A stretch of 59,152 nucleotides of DNA, filler included, from Asterionella formosa (Eukaryota), in NCBI GenBank assembly GCA_002256025.1. It is 8 parts of 8 records of this genome, joined end to end, with 100 filler letters (N's around TTAATTAATTAA, not from the genome) between each part and the next. Parts side by side here need not be neighbours in the genome. Positions count along the whole stretch, not along the records: positions 7,434 to 14,756 come from NKIB01012478.1; positions 14,857 to 22,169 come from NKIB01012479.1; positions 22,270 to 29,581 come from NKIB01012480.1; 5 more parts are not named here. One strand, given 5' to 3'. Every line of letters starts with the position of its first letter. Within the stretch, counting starts at the first letter, position 1. Shown here in pieces: positions 11,990 to 24,248 of the stretch. The notes below the pieces were generated by a model, which was not told where the DNA came from, did no database searches, and saw nothing but the letters and a program-made list of their open reading frames with translations. A program made the position numbers and the translations under genes.

Positions 11990-14756
11990 GCGGAACAGGC
12001 TCTCAACATTTCTCCCCATCTCCTACATACACGCATTCCTACCATGATGCAATTTTATGGGTTTTCTCATCCTCTGGAAACTTCAATCAAAGGCTGCACT
12101 AGTAGCCCTCTCAAATCAGGTTCTTAATGCATCTCCAATACCTTGAGTACATCACACATTCTGAAAGCAACCAAGCTAGCTGGTTATTATTTCTTACATG
12201 CTCTCTTGGACCATGCTGCCAACTCCTCCACCTCTGTCTGCCCTTGCACCTTTACCCCTATACTCAGATTCTGCTGATCCTGTCAGTTTTGCCTCTGCTC
12301 TCTCAGCATTCTGGCAGATGAATTATCCAAAGACCATCAGTACATGGCCTCCATGGCTGTGGAGATATTGCTCTTTATGAAGCAAATTTTCTCTAGGCCG
12401 GTCATTCTCCCCTTCCATGAATTATGAACAGCTAAGGGTTTGCGGAACAACTGTCAGAGAGAGCTATCCTCCTCCTAAACGATAGGACTCTGTCGTTGCC
12501 GCTTCCTCTTTTCCTGACACCTTCTTTTCAGTCCTTAAATCGCCTGTATACCCATGATGCATTCACCATTCCTCATATTCCTACTGTTTCTTTTGACTGT
12601 TTTTCTCTTGTTGTTCCTCCATTTCTCACACATGCCGACAATTCCAACACTCTTCTCCCCATTACTCATGTTGATCGGCTCGCTCTGTTCTGAACCAACA
12701 GGCCTTCACCAATGTGACCTAGGTGCTATAGTGTTTGTGCTACATCCACTTTATAACTATTCCAGAACTATAGTACTACCCCTTTTTTGTTCCCGCCTTT
12801 GACCTTGTAGGTGCTGAGCGATTCATCTTCTCAGGGTAAACTCTGTCCCAGTTATGGTTACTACCAACTCCATTTTTCTGATGGTTCTACCAGCACCCCT
12901 GTCCTCATGTACTGCTACTGCCCTCAGTTGTCTGAGACTCTTCAGCTTCACTTTTGATGAAGCACATGTCACCTCGCTCTTCCAAACGCCCTCCTGGGCC
13001 TTAATCTCTCTTTGACCTTGATCTCCACCAACCTCCTATCCTGGAGCCCCATAACGAGCCATTGTCCACAAACATTCCTACTGCTGTCCCGCCTGAACCA
13101 CCGCCCTTTCCTATGTGTGCAACTATGATTCCTACACTCGTCCTTACATGTCCTTTTCCCCTACCCTTTGCTTGGTGAAAACTTCACACCTCCTCCAACT
13201 TCCAATGCTTTCATTCTTCCTTCTTCTGGTGATCATCCTACAACCAATGCTGCTGCTGCCATTTCTGCTCCAACCAGAAGTGATGTCAATTGAATTGTCT
13301 GGGAATCCTTTTGGCCCTAACTTTGTTGAATCTTTTCCAATCACAGGGACATATGATCTCATTCATGGACGCCTTTGCTCGATATCCTGCACCCCTTGTA
13401 CACCTGCTGACTGCATCAGTTACTGGCACTCTTGTCTTTGCTTTGCTTATATCTTATCTGTTAATCATGTTCCCATTTCCACCATTACTGGTGATCTGGT
13501 CTTTGCCATTGCTCATGCGTGTACTACTTCTCCCCATACCTCGCTCCACATGCAACATCTCTTTGACCATTGATGACATCCACAACACTTTTTCAGCTCA
13601 GGGTCTACCTCAATTATTTTTTAACCAACTTCAAGATATACCTCAAAGTCAAAAAAGCTTGCACACAGGTTTCCCCTAAAGCCAGTCGTTTAACTCGAAA
13701 AGGCCTTCAAACCCAACCTGACTGAATGGAATGCCTTGCTGCTGAGATCCACCAATTTGATCAATATGCACAGCAGGATATGTTTGGTGATCCTTGCCCT
13801 CCTCCTGCTTCCATCTTTTATTGGGTATTATGGATATACAAAATCAAGGAAGAAGAAGAAACCAGAAAAAAGGCTGGAGCTGTTTGTGATGGTTCTACTC
13901 ATGTGGAACAAGCTCAAGTTCATGATCCCACATACGCACCCACCCCTGTCTGACCTGAGGGATATGCGTCGCTACTTTGCACTTGCTGGCTGCTCTTGAG
14001 AATAAATTGGTCTTTGGTGCTAATGTTTTCTCCAATACCGTTGCTGAAGCCACTGCCCCTGAACAAGTTGTATCGCATGTGTGTTGATACCCAATAAGGT
14101 CTTCCACCCATTCCAGTCAGTTATGTCATTCCTATATGAAAGAACTTACAAGGTCACACTGAAGCTCCTTGAAAACAATGGTCCCACCAAATCAATACCA
14201 TCTTGCAGGAATACAATTTTATCCCCACTGTTCATGCTCCTTGCCTCTAGCTACCGTGCTATAATCTCCAATGAAAATTTACTTTTCCTTCGACACCAAG
14301 TCAATTACTTTGCCATTGCAACCAATGACTTCTTGCTTCTTTATACCCACATCTGTGATGCTCTTCAGAGCAAACTCCTTGTTCCTATGAAACATGAGGG
14401 CTAACTCACTCATTGGAACGGTATTGATGTCATTCAAACTAGCAATTTCATCACTTTCCAATGTGGTACATACATCCGCAACTCCTCCACAATCATGCTT
14501 GGATGGACATGGAAGGATCCAAACTTCCCATGCCTGCTGACAATGACCACATCAAAGCTCTTGACAGCATCTTGTTTCCTCCTACTAACTCAGAGGGTGA
14601 ACATCTGGCACTGGAAACTAGTTATTTTAGATATTGGGGGGCCATTGGTGAACTTATATGGGCCATGATTACCTGTTGTCCTGAACTCAGTTTTCCTCTT
14701 GTTAAATTGAGTCAATTCTCCACCCAGCACCATGTTGCCCTTCACAATCCAGCAGT
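11990..14756 (+). mobile_element. Heavily decayed Ty1/copia (CoDi-like) retrotransposon pol region, truncated by contig end
   Basis: RT motifs: HQFDQYAQQDMFGDP, WIYKIK...KKAGAVCDGS, TYAPTP, LQGHTEAP*, QVNYFAIAT (from QVDDF), AIGELIWAMITCCPELSFPLVKLSQFS. Many frameshifts. The 5' boundary is approximate. Confidence 0.88.
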
Positions 14757-14856
14757 NNNNNNNNNNNNNNNNNNNNNNNNNNNNNNNNNNNNNNNNNNNN
14801 TTAATTAATTAANNNNNNNNNNNNNNNNNNNNNNNNNNNNNNNNNNNNNNNNNNNN
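14757..14856. other. Artificial contig spacer
   Basis: N44-TTAATTAATTAA-N44. Confidence 0.99.
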
Positions 14857-15422
14857 ATAGCATATAAAATCGTGAATCGGAGTATAGAGTGTCCATGCAT
14901 ACATGTTGATCGTATTTTTAGCATATACCGGTATATACATTCAGCGACTTGGAGTGTCAATATATATATTTAGAGATTTTGACAAGGAATCTATGTACGT
15001 ATTCGCAAATTTCCACTGATTCAAATATTTCAAATGGAATCACGTCATTCAAAAATAGCTAATTAAATTCTTAATTCCAGGGAATTTTCGCAACCCTAAG
15101 CAATATTTTAATTTTTGCCTAGGGGTTCAAATGCAGCAACCTTGAGAGATGTTCTCTGTACTGAGTAAAACACCACCAAAATGCGTACAAATTTCTGCAA
15201 TAATATGGATTTATGTATGTATAAAGTTTTGTTGGATCACTATATGTAAACCTATAGCATCATCACACATGTAAAAATGCAACCAGTACACCTTTATTTT
15301 GTGGGCAGAAATGCAGTTTAGTACACCAAATTTTAGGTCGAAAATAGTAGAGTCAATATGCTGTCGCATGTCGCAACCCTAAATCATTCTCCAAGAGGGT
15401 AAACTGGAACACACTCACTCCA

Positions 15423-18400
15423 TCAAGCCGTCCGAGAAACAATGGTGAATGCTGTCAAGTTGAGTTGATCATACTTGGTGGTCACATTTTTATCAAAATC
15501 CATGACCACAGTAACTTCAATCTTGTTGTTTATACCCACAAATAGGCCAGATACAATATATGTTCCAAAACTATAACCAAAAGGACCAGCAGAAATTTGG
15601 AACACATCAATATTGGGTTGAAGGTTGCCATTGACACTGATCTTTAGATCAATCACGGCACCAACCACAGGGTTGTGGAGGAGGATATCAGTGAGAGCAT
15701 TTGAAGTTGTAACTTGTTGGGCTCTTGATCCTGTTATTTCATCAATTGTATTGTCAATCATGTGCAATGCACTGCCAGTGATAACTTCGCTGCTCAAACC
15801 AACTCCAATACCAACACGGATCACCCCCATGGTGTCTAGCAATAAAAGCTCACTGGTGTAGACACGAGCACTTGCTTGGTTGTCTTTTGGGATGATTGAA
15901 GGTGCAACTTCACCATCACCATCACCTGCAACATTTGGAATACCATCGGAAATGAAGAAAAGGAGATTGTTTCTATTGGATGGGGCAACCTTGAAGTAGT
16001 CTACAGCCTTGTCCAATGCATCATCGAAGTTGGTCCATCCCGCTGCACGCAATGACATCAGTTTGTTTCTCAAGACAGCATTGATTTTGTTGCGATCTGT
16101 TGTGTCTAGTGGCGAAAACCTTCCATGATAAACAGCATCAGTCGCAAATGAGATTAGACCAATGTCGACATTGCTATTGTCCAAAATTGCAGATGCTGAA
16201 ATTGACTGCAATAAATTTAGGATTGAAGCAATCTCAGCATCAAGAATAGTATTGTTGAATCCATCATTGTTGACATCTCCAGTTGGGTTTCCACCAAAAG
16301 GATCTGTAGTACTTCCTGAAATATCAATGACAATACCAATATTAAAAGGAGGCTCAAACCCATACTTTGCAATACTTCCCATCACACATGCATTTGGGTT
16401 TGTGCTGCTCTTGTCTGTTGTAATTGTCAGCTTTTGATGTTGAATTGACGGTATCCCAGAAGAAGAAGAAAAAGATATCAAACCAGAATCAAAAGAGTGA
16501 ATTTGATCTACCTCACAACCGATACTTGGAGAGCTCGATGGAAGAAGGGTTGGTAAAAGTGTGGGTGGATAAGATGGTACAGAAGTAGGCTGGCGAGTAG
16601 GGCGAGAGGTTGGTGCTATCGTTGGTTTGTTGGTGGGAAATGTAATTGGTGCATGAGTTGGTGGCATTGTAATCGAAGTGATAGGTGCGATAGTGGGAGA
16701 TGCTGTAGGTTGATTGGTTGGCTGAGAAGTCGGTGTAGCGGATGGTCCAAAGGAGGGTCGAGGAGTCGGTTTACGTGATGGTAATAGAGTGGGTAAAAAT
16801 GTTGGCGCAGCAGTTGGTTGAAGCGAGGGAGGAGGCGTAGGTGAGTCAGTGGGTGAAGAAGTGGGTATAGCAGTTGGTAAAAATGAAGGTAACGCTGTTG
16901 GTGATGGTGTTGGGAAAGATGTAGGTTGAAGAGTGGGTTCAAAAGTAGGTTGTACGGTTGGTATCTCAGTTGGTTGGAAACTAGGAATTGCTGTAGGTTG
17001 AATGGTTGGCTGAGAAGTCGGTGTAGTGGTTGGTCCGAAGGAGGGTTGAGGAGTCGGTTCACGTGATGGTAATAGAGTGGGTGAAAATGTAGGTGCAGCA
17101 GACGGTTGAAGCGAGGGTGGAGGCGTAGGCAAGTCGGTGGGTGAAGAAGTGGGTATAGGAGTTGGTGGAAATGAAGGTAACGCTGTTGGTTGAGTGGTTG
17201 GTGATGGTGTTGGGATAGATGTAGGTTGCAGAGTGGGTTCAGGAGTAGGTTGTAAGGTTGGTATGTCAGTTGGTTGGAAACTTGGAAATGCAGTAGGTTG
17301 AGTTGTTGGCTGAGAAGTTGGTGTAGTGGTTGGTCCGAAGGAGGGTGGAGGAGTCGGTTCACGTGATGGTAATAGTGAGGGTGAAAATGTAGGTGCAGCA
17401 GTCGGTGGAAGCGAGGGTGGAGGCGTAGGTGGGTCAGTGGGTATAGGAGTTGGTGGAAATGAAGGTAACGCTGTTGGTTGAGTGGTTGGTGATGGTGTTG
17501 GAATAGAGGTAGGTTGCAGAGTGGGTTCAGGAGTAGGTTGTAAGGTTGGTATGTCAGTTGGTTGGAAACTTGGAAATGCAGTAGGTTGAATGGTTGGCTG
17601 AGAAGTCGGTGTAGTTGTTGGTCCGAAGGAGGGTGGAGGAGTCGGTTCACGTGATGGTAATAGAATGGGTGAAAATGTAGGTGCAGCGGTCGGTGGAAGC
17701 GAGGGTGGAGGCGAGGGTGGGTCAGTGGGTATAGGAGTTGGTGGAAATGAAGGTAACGCTGTTGGTTGAAAGGTTGGTGATGGTGTTGGGATAGGGGTAG
17801 GTTGCAGAGTGGGTTCAGGAGTAGGCTGTAAGGTTGGTATGTCAGTTGGTTGGAAACTTGGAAATGCAGTAGGTTGAATGGTTGGCTGAGAAGTCGGTGT
17901 AGTTGTTGGTCCGAAGGAGGGTGGAGGAGTCGGTTCACGTGATGGTAAGAGAGAGGGTGAAAATGAAGGTGCAGCGGTCGGTGGAAGCGAGGGTGGAGGC
18001 GTAGGTAGGTCAGTGGGTGAAGAAGTGGGTATAGCAGTTGGTGAAAATGAAGGTAACGCTGTTGGGATAGATGTAGGTTGCAGAGTGGGTTCAGGAGTAG
18101 GTTGTAAGGTTGGCATGTCAGTTGGTTGGAAACTGGGAAATGCAGTAGGTTGAATGGTTGGCTGAGAAGTCGGTGTAGTTGTTGGTCCGAAGGAGGGTGG
18201 AGGAGTCGGTTCACGTGATGGTAATAGTGAGGGTGAAAATGTAGGTGCAGCAGTCGGCTGAAGCGAGGGTGGAGGCGTAAGTGGGTCAGTGGGTATAGGA
18301 AGTGGTGAAAATGAAGGTAACGCTGTTGATTGAGTGGTTGGTGATGGTGTTGGGATAGAGGTAGGTTGCAGAGTGGGTTCAGGAGTAGGTTGTAAGGTTG

Positions 18401-21204
18401 GTATGTCAGTTGGTTGGAAACTTGGAAATGCAGTAGGTTGAGTGGTTGGCTGAGAAGTCGGTGTAGTGGTTGGTCCGAAGGAGGGTGGAGGAGTCGGTTC
18501 ACGTGATGGAAATAGAGAGGGTGAAAATGTAGGTGCAGCGGTCGGTGGAAGCGAGGGTGGAGGCGTAGGTAAGTCAGTGGGTGAAGAAGTGGGTACAGCA
18601 GTTGGTGAAAATGAAGGTAACGCTGTTGGGATAAATGTAGGTTGCAGAGTGGGTTCAGGAGTAGGTTGTAAGTTTGATATGTCAGTTGTTTGGAAACTGG
18701 GAAATGCAGTAGGTTGAATGGTTGGCTGAGAAGTCGGTGTAGTGGTTGGTCCGAAGGAGGGTAGAGGAGTCGGTTCACGTGATGGTAATAGTGAGGGTGA
18801 AAATGTAGGTGCAGCAGTCTGTGGAAGCGAGGGTGGAGGCGTAGGTGGGTCAGTGGGTATAGGAGTTGGTGGAAATGAAGGTAACGCTGTTGGGATAGAT
18901 GTGGGTTGCAGAGTGGGTTCAGGAGTAGGTTGTAAGGTTGGTATGTCAGTTGGTTGGAAACTGGGAAATGCAGTAGGTTGAATGGTTGGCTGAGAAGTCG
19001 GTGTAGCGGTTGGTCCAAAGGAGGGTGGAGTAGTCAGTTCACGTGATGGTAATAGAGTGGGTAAAAATATAGGTGCAGCCGTCGGTTGAAGAGAAGGTGA
19101 GTCAGTAGGTTCAGGAGTAGGTGAAGAAGTGGGTGTAGGAGTTGGCGGAAATAAAGGTAACGCTGTTGGTAATGAACTTGGAATAGGTGAAGGTTGCAGA
19201 GTGGGTTCAGGAGTATGTTGTAATGTTGTTATGGGAGTTGGTTGGAAACTGGGAAATGCAGTAGGTTGAATGTTTGGCTGAGAAGTCGGTGTAGTGGTTT
19301 GTCCGAAGGATGGAGGAAGAGTCAGTTCACGTGATTGTAATAGAGAGGGTGAAAATGTAGGTGCAGCAGTCGGTTGAAGCGAGGGTGGAGGCATAGGTGA
19401 GTCAGTGAGTGAAGAAGTGGGTATAGGAGTTGGTGGAAGTGAAGGTAACCCTGTAGGTTGAGGAGTTGGTAATGGTGTTGGGATAAGTGAGGGTTGCAGA
19501 GTGGGTTCAGGAGTAGGTTGTAAGGTTAGTATGTCAGAAGGTTGGAAACTTGGAAATGCAGTAGGTTGAATTGTTGGCTGAGAAGTTGGTGTAGTGGTTG
19601 GTCCGAAGGAGGGTGGAGGAGTCGGTTCACGTGATGGTAATAGTGAGGGTGAAAATGTAAGTGGAGCAGACGGTTGAAGCGATGGTGCAGACGAATGTGA
19701 GTCAGTGGGTGTAGGAGTTGGTGAAAATGAAGGTAACGCTGTTGGTGATGGTGTTGGGATAGATGTAGGTTGCAGAGTGGGTTCAGAAGTAGGTTGTAAG
19801 GTTGGTATCTCAGTTGGTTGGAAACTAGGAAATGCAGTAGGTTGAGTTGTCGGCTGAGAAGTCGGTGTAGTGGTTTGTGCAAAGGAGGGTGGAGGAGTCG
19901 GTTCACGTGATGGTAACAGAGAGCGTGGAAATGTAGGCGCAGCAGTCGGTTGTAGCGAGGGTGGACTTGTTGGCGAGTCAGGTTGACGCAAAGGTGGAGG
20001 CGTAGGTGAGTCAGTAGGTTCAGGAGTGGGTTGACTCGACCGTTGATGCATTGGTGAGTCAGTAGGTTCAGGAATAGGTGAAGAAGTGGGTGTTGGTGGA
20101 AATGAATCCACAGGCGTTGGTCGATTAGCTGGCAGTGTGGTTGAATCAGATGGAGGCAGGACAACGGGTCCAGTACTCATGACAACTGACGGATGGTTGG
20201 AAATACTTGGTGCGACACTTGGAATTGTGCTTGGCTGGTATGAAAAACTTGGCAATGCAGTGGGAGAAGCCGTACTACCAAGATTTGGTGGAGCAAGAAG
20301 AATGGGTTGATTGGAGGGGCCTTGTAAAACACTTGGTCCAGAACTGATGAGAACTGACGGATGTTTGGAGATACTTGGTGTGACACTTGGAAAGGTGCTT
20401 GACTCGATTTTCGAATTCGGCATTGTGTTTGGAAATTCTGTTTGGAAATCGCTTGGTACAGCAGTGGGTGCATTAGCTTGGGAAGGAGGAGTAACATCAA
20501 TGGGCGATATAGAAAAATTTCCAATGATGGGTCCTTGACAGTATCCGCAACTGCGGTCATGACTGGAAGGATAGATCGTAGCAGAGTTTAGATAAGGTAA
20601 AACGAAAACGTCACACAGTCTTTTATCGTGTTCACTGAAACTGTTGGGTACATTGAACGTTCCCAAGATCGGCAAGCCATGGTTATTATCAACAAGGCCG
20701 GTGGGTCCAGTTCCGCACGCAAGTAGTTTTTCGTCGACAAAGACCTGCCACTTGGTCGAAGTAGCAATGCCCGTCCCATTCTTTAACAGAATGGCAAAAG
20801 GGTTTTTCCCCTCGTCATAGTTGGGAATGAACCACCCGCCCAAGTAGGACGTGCTAGGATTATTCAACGTAATGACAGGACTGCCGTGGAATGAGTATGC
20901 CCATTGCGAAGCCTCAGAAGGAGAATCAATCACTGCAAAGAAAGGACGAATCGTCTGCGAATCATTGGAGAAAAATTAGTGAGAGCTGTGATCACTGGCA
21001 TCGGCATTCCTAATTGTGTCCGTATCTCGTCTTACCGGAAGTGCGGAGGCGTTGATGGAGAGCACCGATGCCGCGGCGGCTGTGTGAACCAACGACTGTA
21101 ACTTCATGCGGTTCAAATCTTTGAATAGCTGAAAGCAATTGTAAGGAAACGAAGAATGGATTGATAATAATAATTTTTGTCCATTGAATTGATTTCCCGA
21201 TCAT
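15423..21204 (-). CDS. Secreted mucin/extensin-like Pro-Thr-Ser repeat protein with a C-terminal von Willebrand A domain (~1892 aa); exons 21204-21036 and 20932-15423
   Basis: A 103-nt GTAAG...TTTGCAG intron joins a hydrophobic N-terminus (MIGKSIQWTKIIIINPFFVSLQLLSA) in frame with the 1836-aa ORF. vWA MIDAS motifs: IVIDISGST, TNFDDAL, FFISDG. Confidence 0.9.
16690..20000 (-). repeat. Coding tandem repeat, 12 units of ~264-300 bp (~88-100 aa)
   Basis: The anchor SR(E/K)(P/L)T occurs 12 times; unit ~PPPSLQPTAAPTFSPSLLPSREPTPPPSFGPTTTPTSQPTIQPTAFPSFQPTDIPTLQPTPEPTLQPT...; all indels preserve the frame. Confidence 0.95.
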
Positions 21205-21547
21205 AGAATGTAAATTTCAACAAATCATGGTTGCATCGTTGCATTCACACCATCCGTTTATATCCGCATGTGCCGGTGAACGGAAGACTCTTGAGCCGTC
21301 GTGTTATCCATTTTCTACTTATTACTTATTGACACGCACTCAAGCCTGGATGTATACCATTATACAGACAGCGTAGCAGGGATTTATCTCAGATTTAAGA
21401 AAGCATAGCGATCACACTTTGACATCGTTCATTGTTGTTGTTGCTGCAATCAGCCAGTTTGGATAGCTAGTACTATATAAAATTTTAGGGCATACCAACT
21501 TCGGTGGTACTAGTATGCCCCTCTTTTTGTCAGTCGCTCCAGTATAA

Positions 21548-21645
21548 CCCCCCTCTGCTGGGTGAAAACAATTGCGTCATCAAAAATTTATCCGGTGCCA
21601 TTTCGACTCCTATGATTTTCTCCGGCTCAATTGACCTAATGAGTA
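21548..21645 (+). mobile_element. Terminal segment of a putative Tc1/mariner-type (Stowaway-like) element; second copy at 22828-22882
   Basis: CCCTCTG(CTG)GG(T/C)GAAAACAATTGCGTCA...GGCTCAATTG(A/C)CCTAA is shared by two contigs. The 22826 copy begins TA-CTCCCTC, like Stowaway ends. The opposite end was not found. Confidence 0.45.
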
Positions 21646-22169
21646 AATGCCGGATGTACGGTCGTCACAGTATTTTAAAACTGGCGACTACCGGTACGTA
21701 TCGAAAAAAGTTCTTGGGCTTTTTCGATTTTCACTTATGGGCTATCTCGAGCAAAATGACCTAATGATTATGTACAACGATTTTTTTAAATTAATAAATC
21801 TGTGATTGCTTTGCTTTTATTATTGCAACACACGGAGTACATATGTTTTTTACACACAGTCGGGTCAGTCCACGACTGCGTAAGCAATAACAAAATCATG
21901 GTACCAGGTACCTGGTACCTGGAAAGAACCGTTTTCATTGGAATTATATTTACCACTGGGCAATAAACATTTTGCGTTGTGTAAAAATTATAGAGATAAC
22001 AATGCTTAGGGTTGCTAGATATGACACAAAATAATTGAATAATATATTATATGCAAGCAAATTCTTTCTTTGCTTGGGGGGCATAAATGCATTGGCACCA
22101 CATTTTCTGATGTACGGTACCTGGTACAGGTACCCTGGTATCCTGGTGGTACCAGGTACCTGTTTTCAG

Positions 22170-22269
22170 NNNNNNNNNNNNNNNNNNNNNNNNNNNNNNN
22201 NNNNNNNNNNNNNTTAATTAATTAANNNNNNNNNNNNNNNNNNNNNNNNNNNNNNNNNNNNNNNNNNNN
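22170..22269. other. Artificial contig spacer
   Basis: N44-TTAATTAATTAA-N44. Confidence 0.99.
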
Positions 22270-22882
22270 TCCATTGAGCTTTGTCTTCTTTATTACTAAG
22301 CAAAAAATATAAACAAGCACTGAACATATCTTGACGAAAGCATATGCTGCCGGACACAGAGGAAAACAGTTATCAATTGTCCACTTCTACTTATGTGTGC
22401 TCTATAATTTTATTACCTACCCTGTTGGAAATACATATTGCTGGTACTAGCAGTAGGCAGCCTCCCTTAAATCCATTCACTCAAGTTTGGCCACATACGT
22501 ATGCATTGGTCATTCATGTCATCACTACACTACCAGGTACTGTTCCTGTTCACCATGGAATGATGATAGCTACCAGAGGCATACTCCAATATTCCTCTGC
22601 TATTTGTCATGTGTTGTGTACTAATTACCGGTAACTCATACCAGTTACCAAGAAGTAAGTTGCAGTAAATAGGAAATTTAGCTGTGTTTTCCTTTAAGTA
22701 AAAACAGTCTTTTACCAAAACTCCCAACATACCATTGATAGATTCTGTTCCCTTTTCCATATTCAATTCTTCGAAACCGCAATGTGTATGATTGTTGCAT
22801 CACCATTGTTGTCCTTGTTATGTGGTACTCCCTCTGGGCGAAAACAATTGCGTCAAATCTTTCTCTGGCTCAATTGCCCTAA

Positions 22883-23864
22883 GGTCTGTTCTTATCATTT
22901 TTCATTGTGTATCACTTAATTTGAAAAATTTGGAAAATGTATCAGCAATGACAGTAACTCGATTTGAACTGAATTTCATTCATTCCAAACTTGATATTGT
23001 ATCACTAATTGCTTTGTATCACAGCATATCATCATGGTGTAGAAACATGGATCGTCAGTGGCAACGACAGGCCAGCGATGAACATCTAAATATATCTGAG
23101 CAGTAATATGCATATGCATAGCCTAGAAAATCGGAATTTAATAAAACAAATATATCATGTGATGGAGCCCATGTAGTGTACATGCTACCAGTACTGGGAG
23201 ACTCATCAACATGTTGTCATTAACACATTGACTATGTTCTTGATAATCGGCCATTTCTCCATCAAAATGGGAAATAAGACGCTGCACCGTTGAGGTTTAA
23301 TATATCTTTGTTTGAACGATGCAACAGAAAAAGGAATATAGAAATGACTTTAAAATTGCGTGAGAAATTACGAATCTACAATGTAAAAGAATATTCTTTG
23401 ATTTATAGGAAGGCAAATAGAACTATTGATTTGTTCCAGCAACGACTAAAGCTATGACCACCAATACGACTAGTACAACGATACTATAATATGACAAAAG
23501 GGCATGCAAAACTGGTGTTAGGCTAGAATTTATATTATAGACGCCATTAGCTAGATCAATCAATTGCAACAGTGGTGTTTTCATGTTGCATTCCCATCAA
23601 CAAATTAAATTATACAGTTACTAGTATTACTGGCATTATTTTATCGGTGACAACGGACGTGATACACAGCGATCAACGGCTGTATCACTGATACAGCATT
23701 GGTCAGGAGTACAAAAATGTATCAGTGCTACACCCATGATACACCGGTGATCAGACAAAAAAACCGTTGGTGATACAAAAATATGATACTAAATGCCATT
23801 TTCGAAACCAAACCCGGAGATGATACACCAATGACGACCAGTGACAGAATGATAAGAACGGCCC
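22883..23864. mobile_element. Non-autonomous PIF/Harbinger (Tourist-like) element, 982 bp
   Basis: TIRs GGTCTGTTCTTATCATT / AATGATAAGAACGGCCC match 15/17. TAA flanks both sides (22880-22882, 23865-23867). Subterminal TGTATCA repeats lie on the left and mostly TGATACA on the right. Confidence 0.8.
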
Positions 23865-24123
23865 TAATGAGCACAATCATATAAGGTACAGATCGATGTA
23901 TAGTGCTGTACATTATGGTTGTGGCCCAGTAATTACACATTGTGAGGTCTTTTTTCCCAAAACATTTTTATGATGTACCTCAATCAACACATTACCTTCA
24001 ACTAAATAAAATAGTTCAAGGTAAAATTAGCTTTCACCAATACCACCACTTTGCATATCCTTAGATACAGTCATTGTTCGACTTGAGGGTATGTTCTACC
24101 TTCAGATATGGTAAGGACCTCAT

Positions 24124-24248
24124 TTCTGGAGAGAAAGTGCAGTTATGTATTGTAGATTCGTAACTATCCCAAAAATAGTCAAAAAAAAGGGGCTATCAAG
24201 AAGCATTGTAAAAAATCTACGATACATAACTGCACTTTTTCTCCAGAA
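24124..24248. repeat. Inverted repeat, 35-bp arms (33/35 match), 55-bp spacer
   Basis: TTCTGGAGAGAAAGTGCAGTTATGTATTGTAGATT (24124-24158) pairs with 24214-24248. Confidence 0.92.

Noticed and set aside
16616..19018. 800-aa Leu/His/Gln-rich ORF and other overlapping ORFs within the repeat gene
   Set aside because: These are alternative-frame or antisense shadows of the Pro/Thr/Ser repeat, which is stop-poor in other frames. The vWA frame is the coherent one.
16690..20000. Regularly spaced repeats as a possible CRISPR array
   Set aside because: The units are ~290-bp in-frame coding repeats without unique spacers, there are no cas genes, and the context is eukaryotic.
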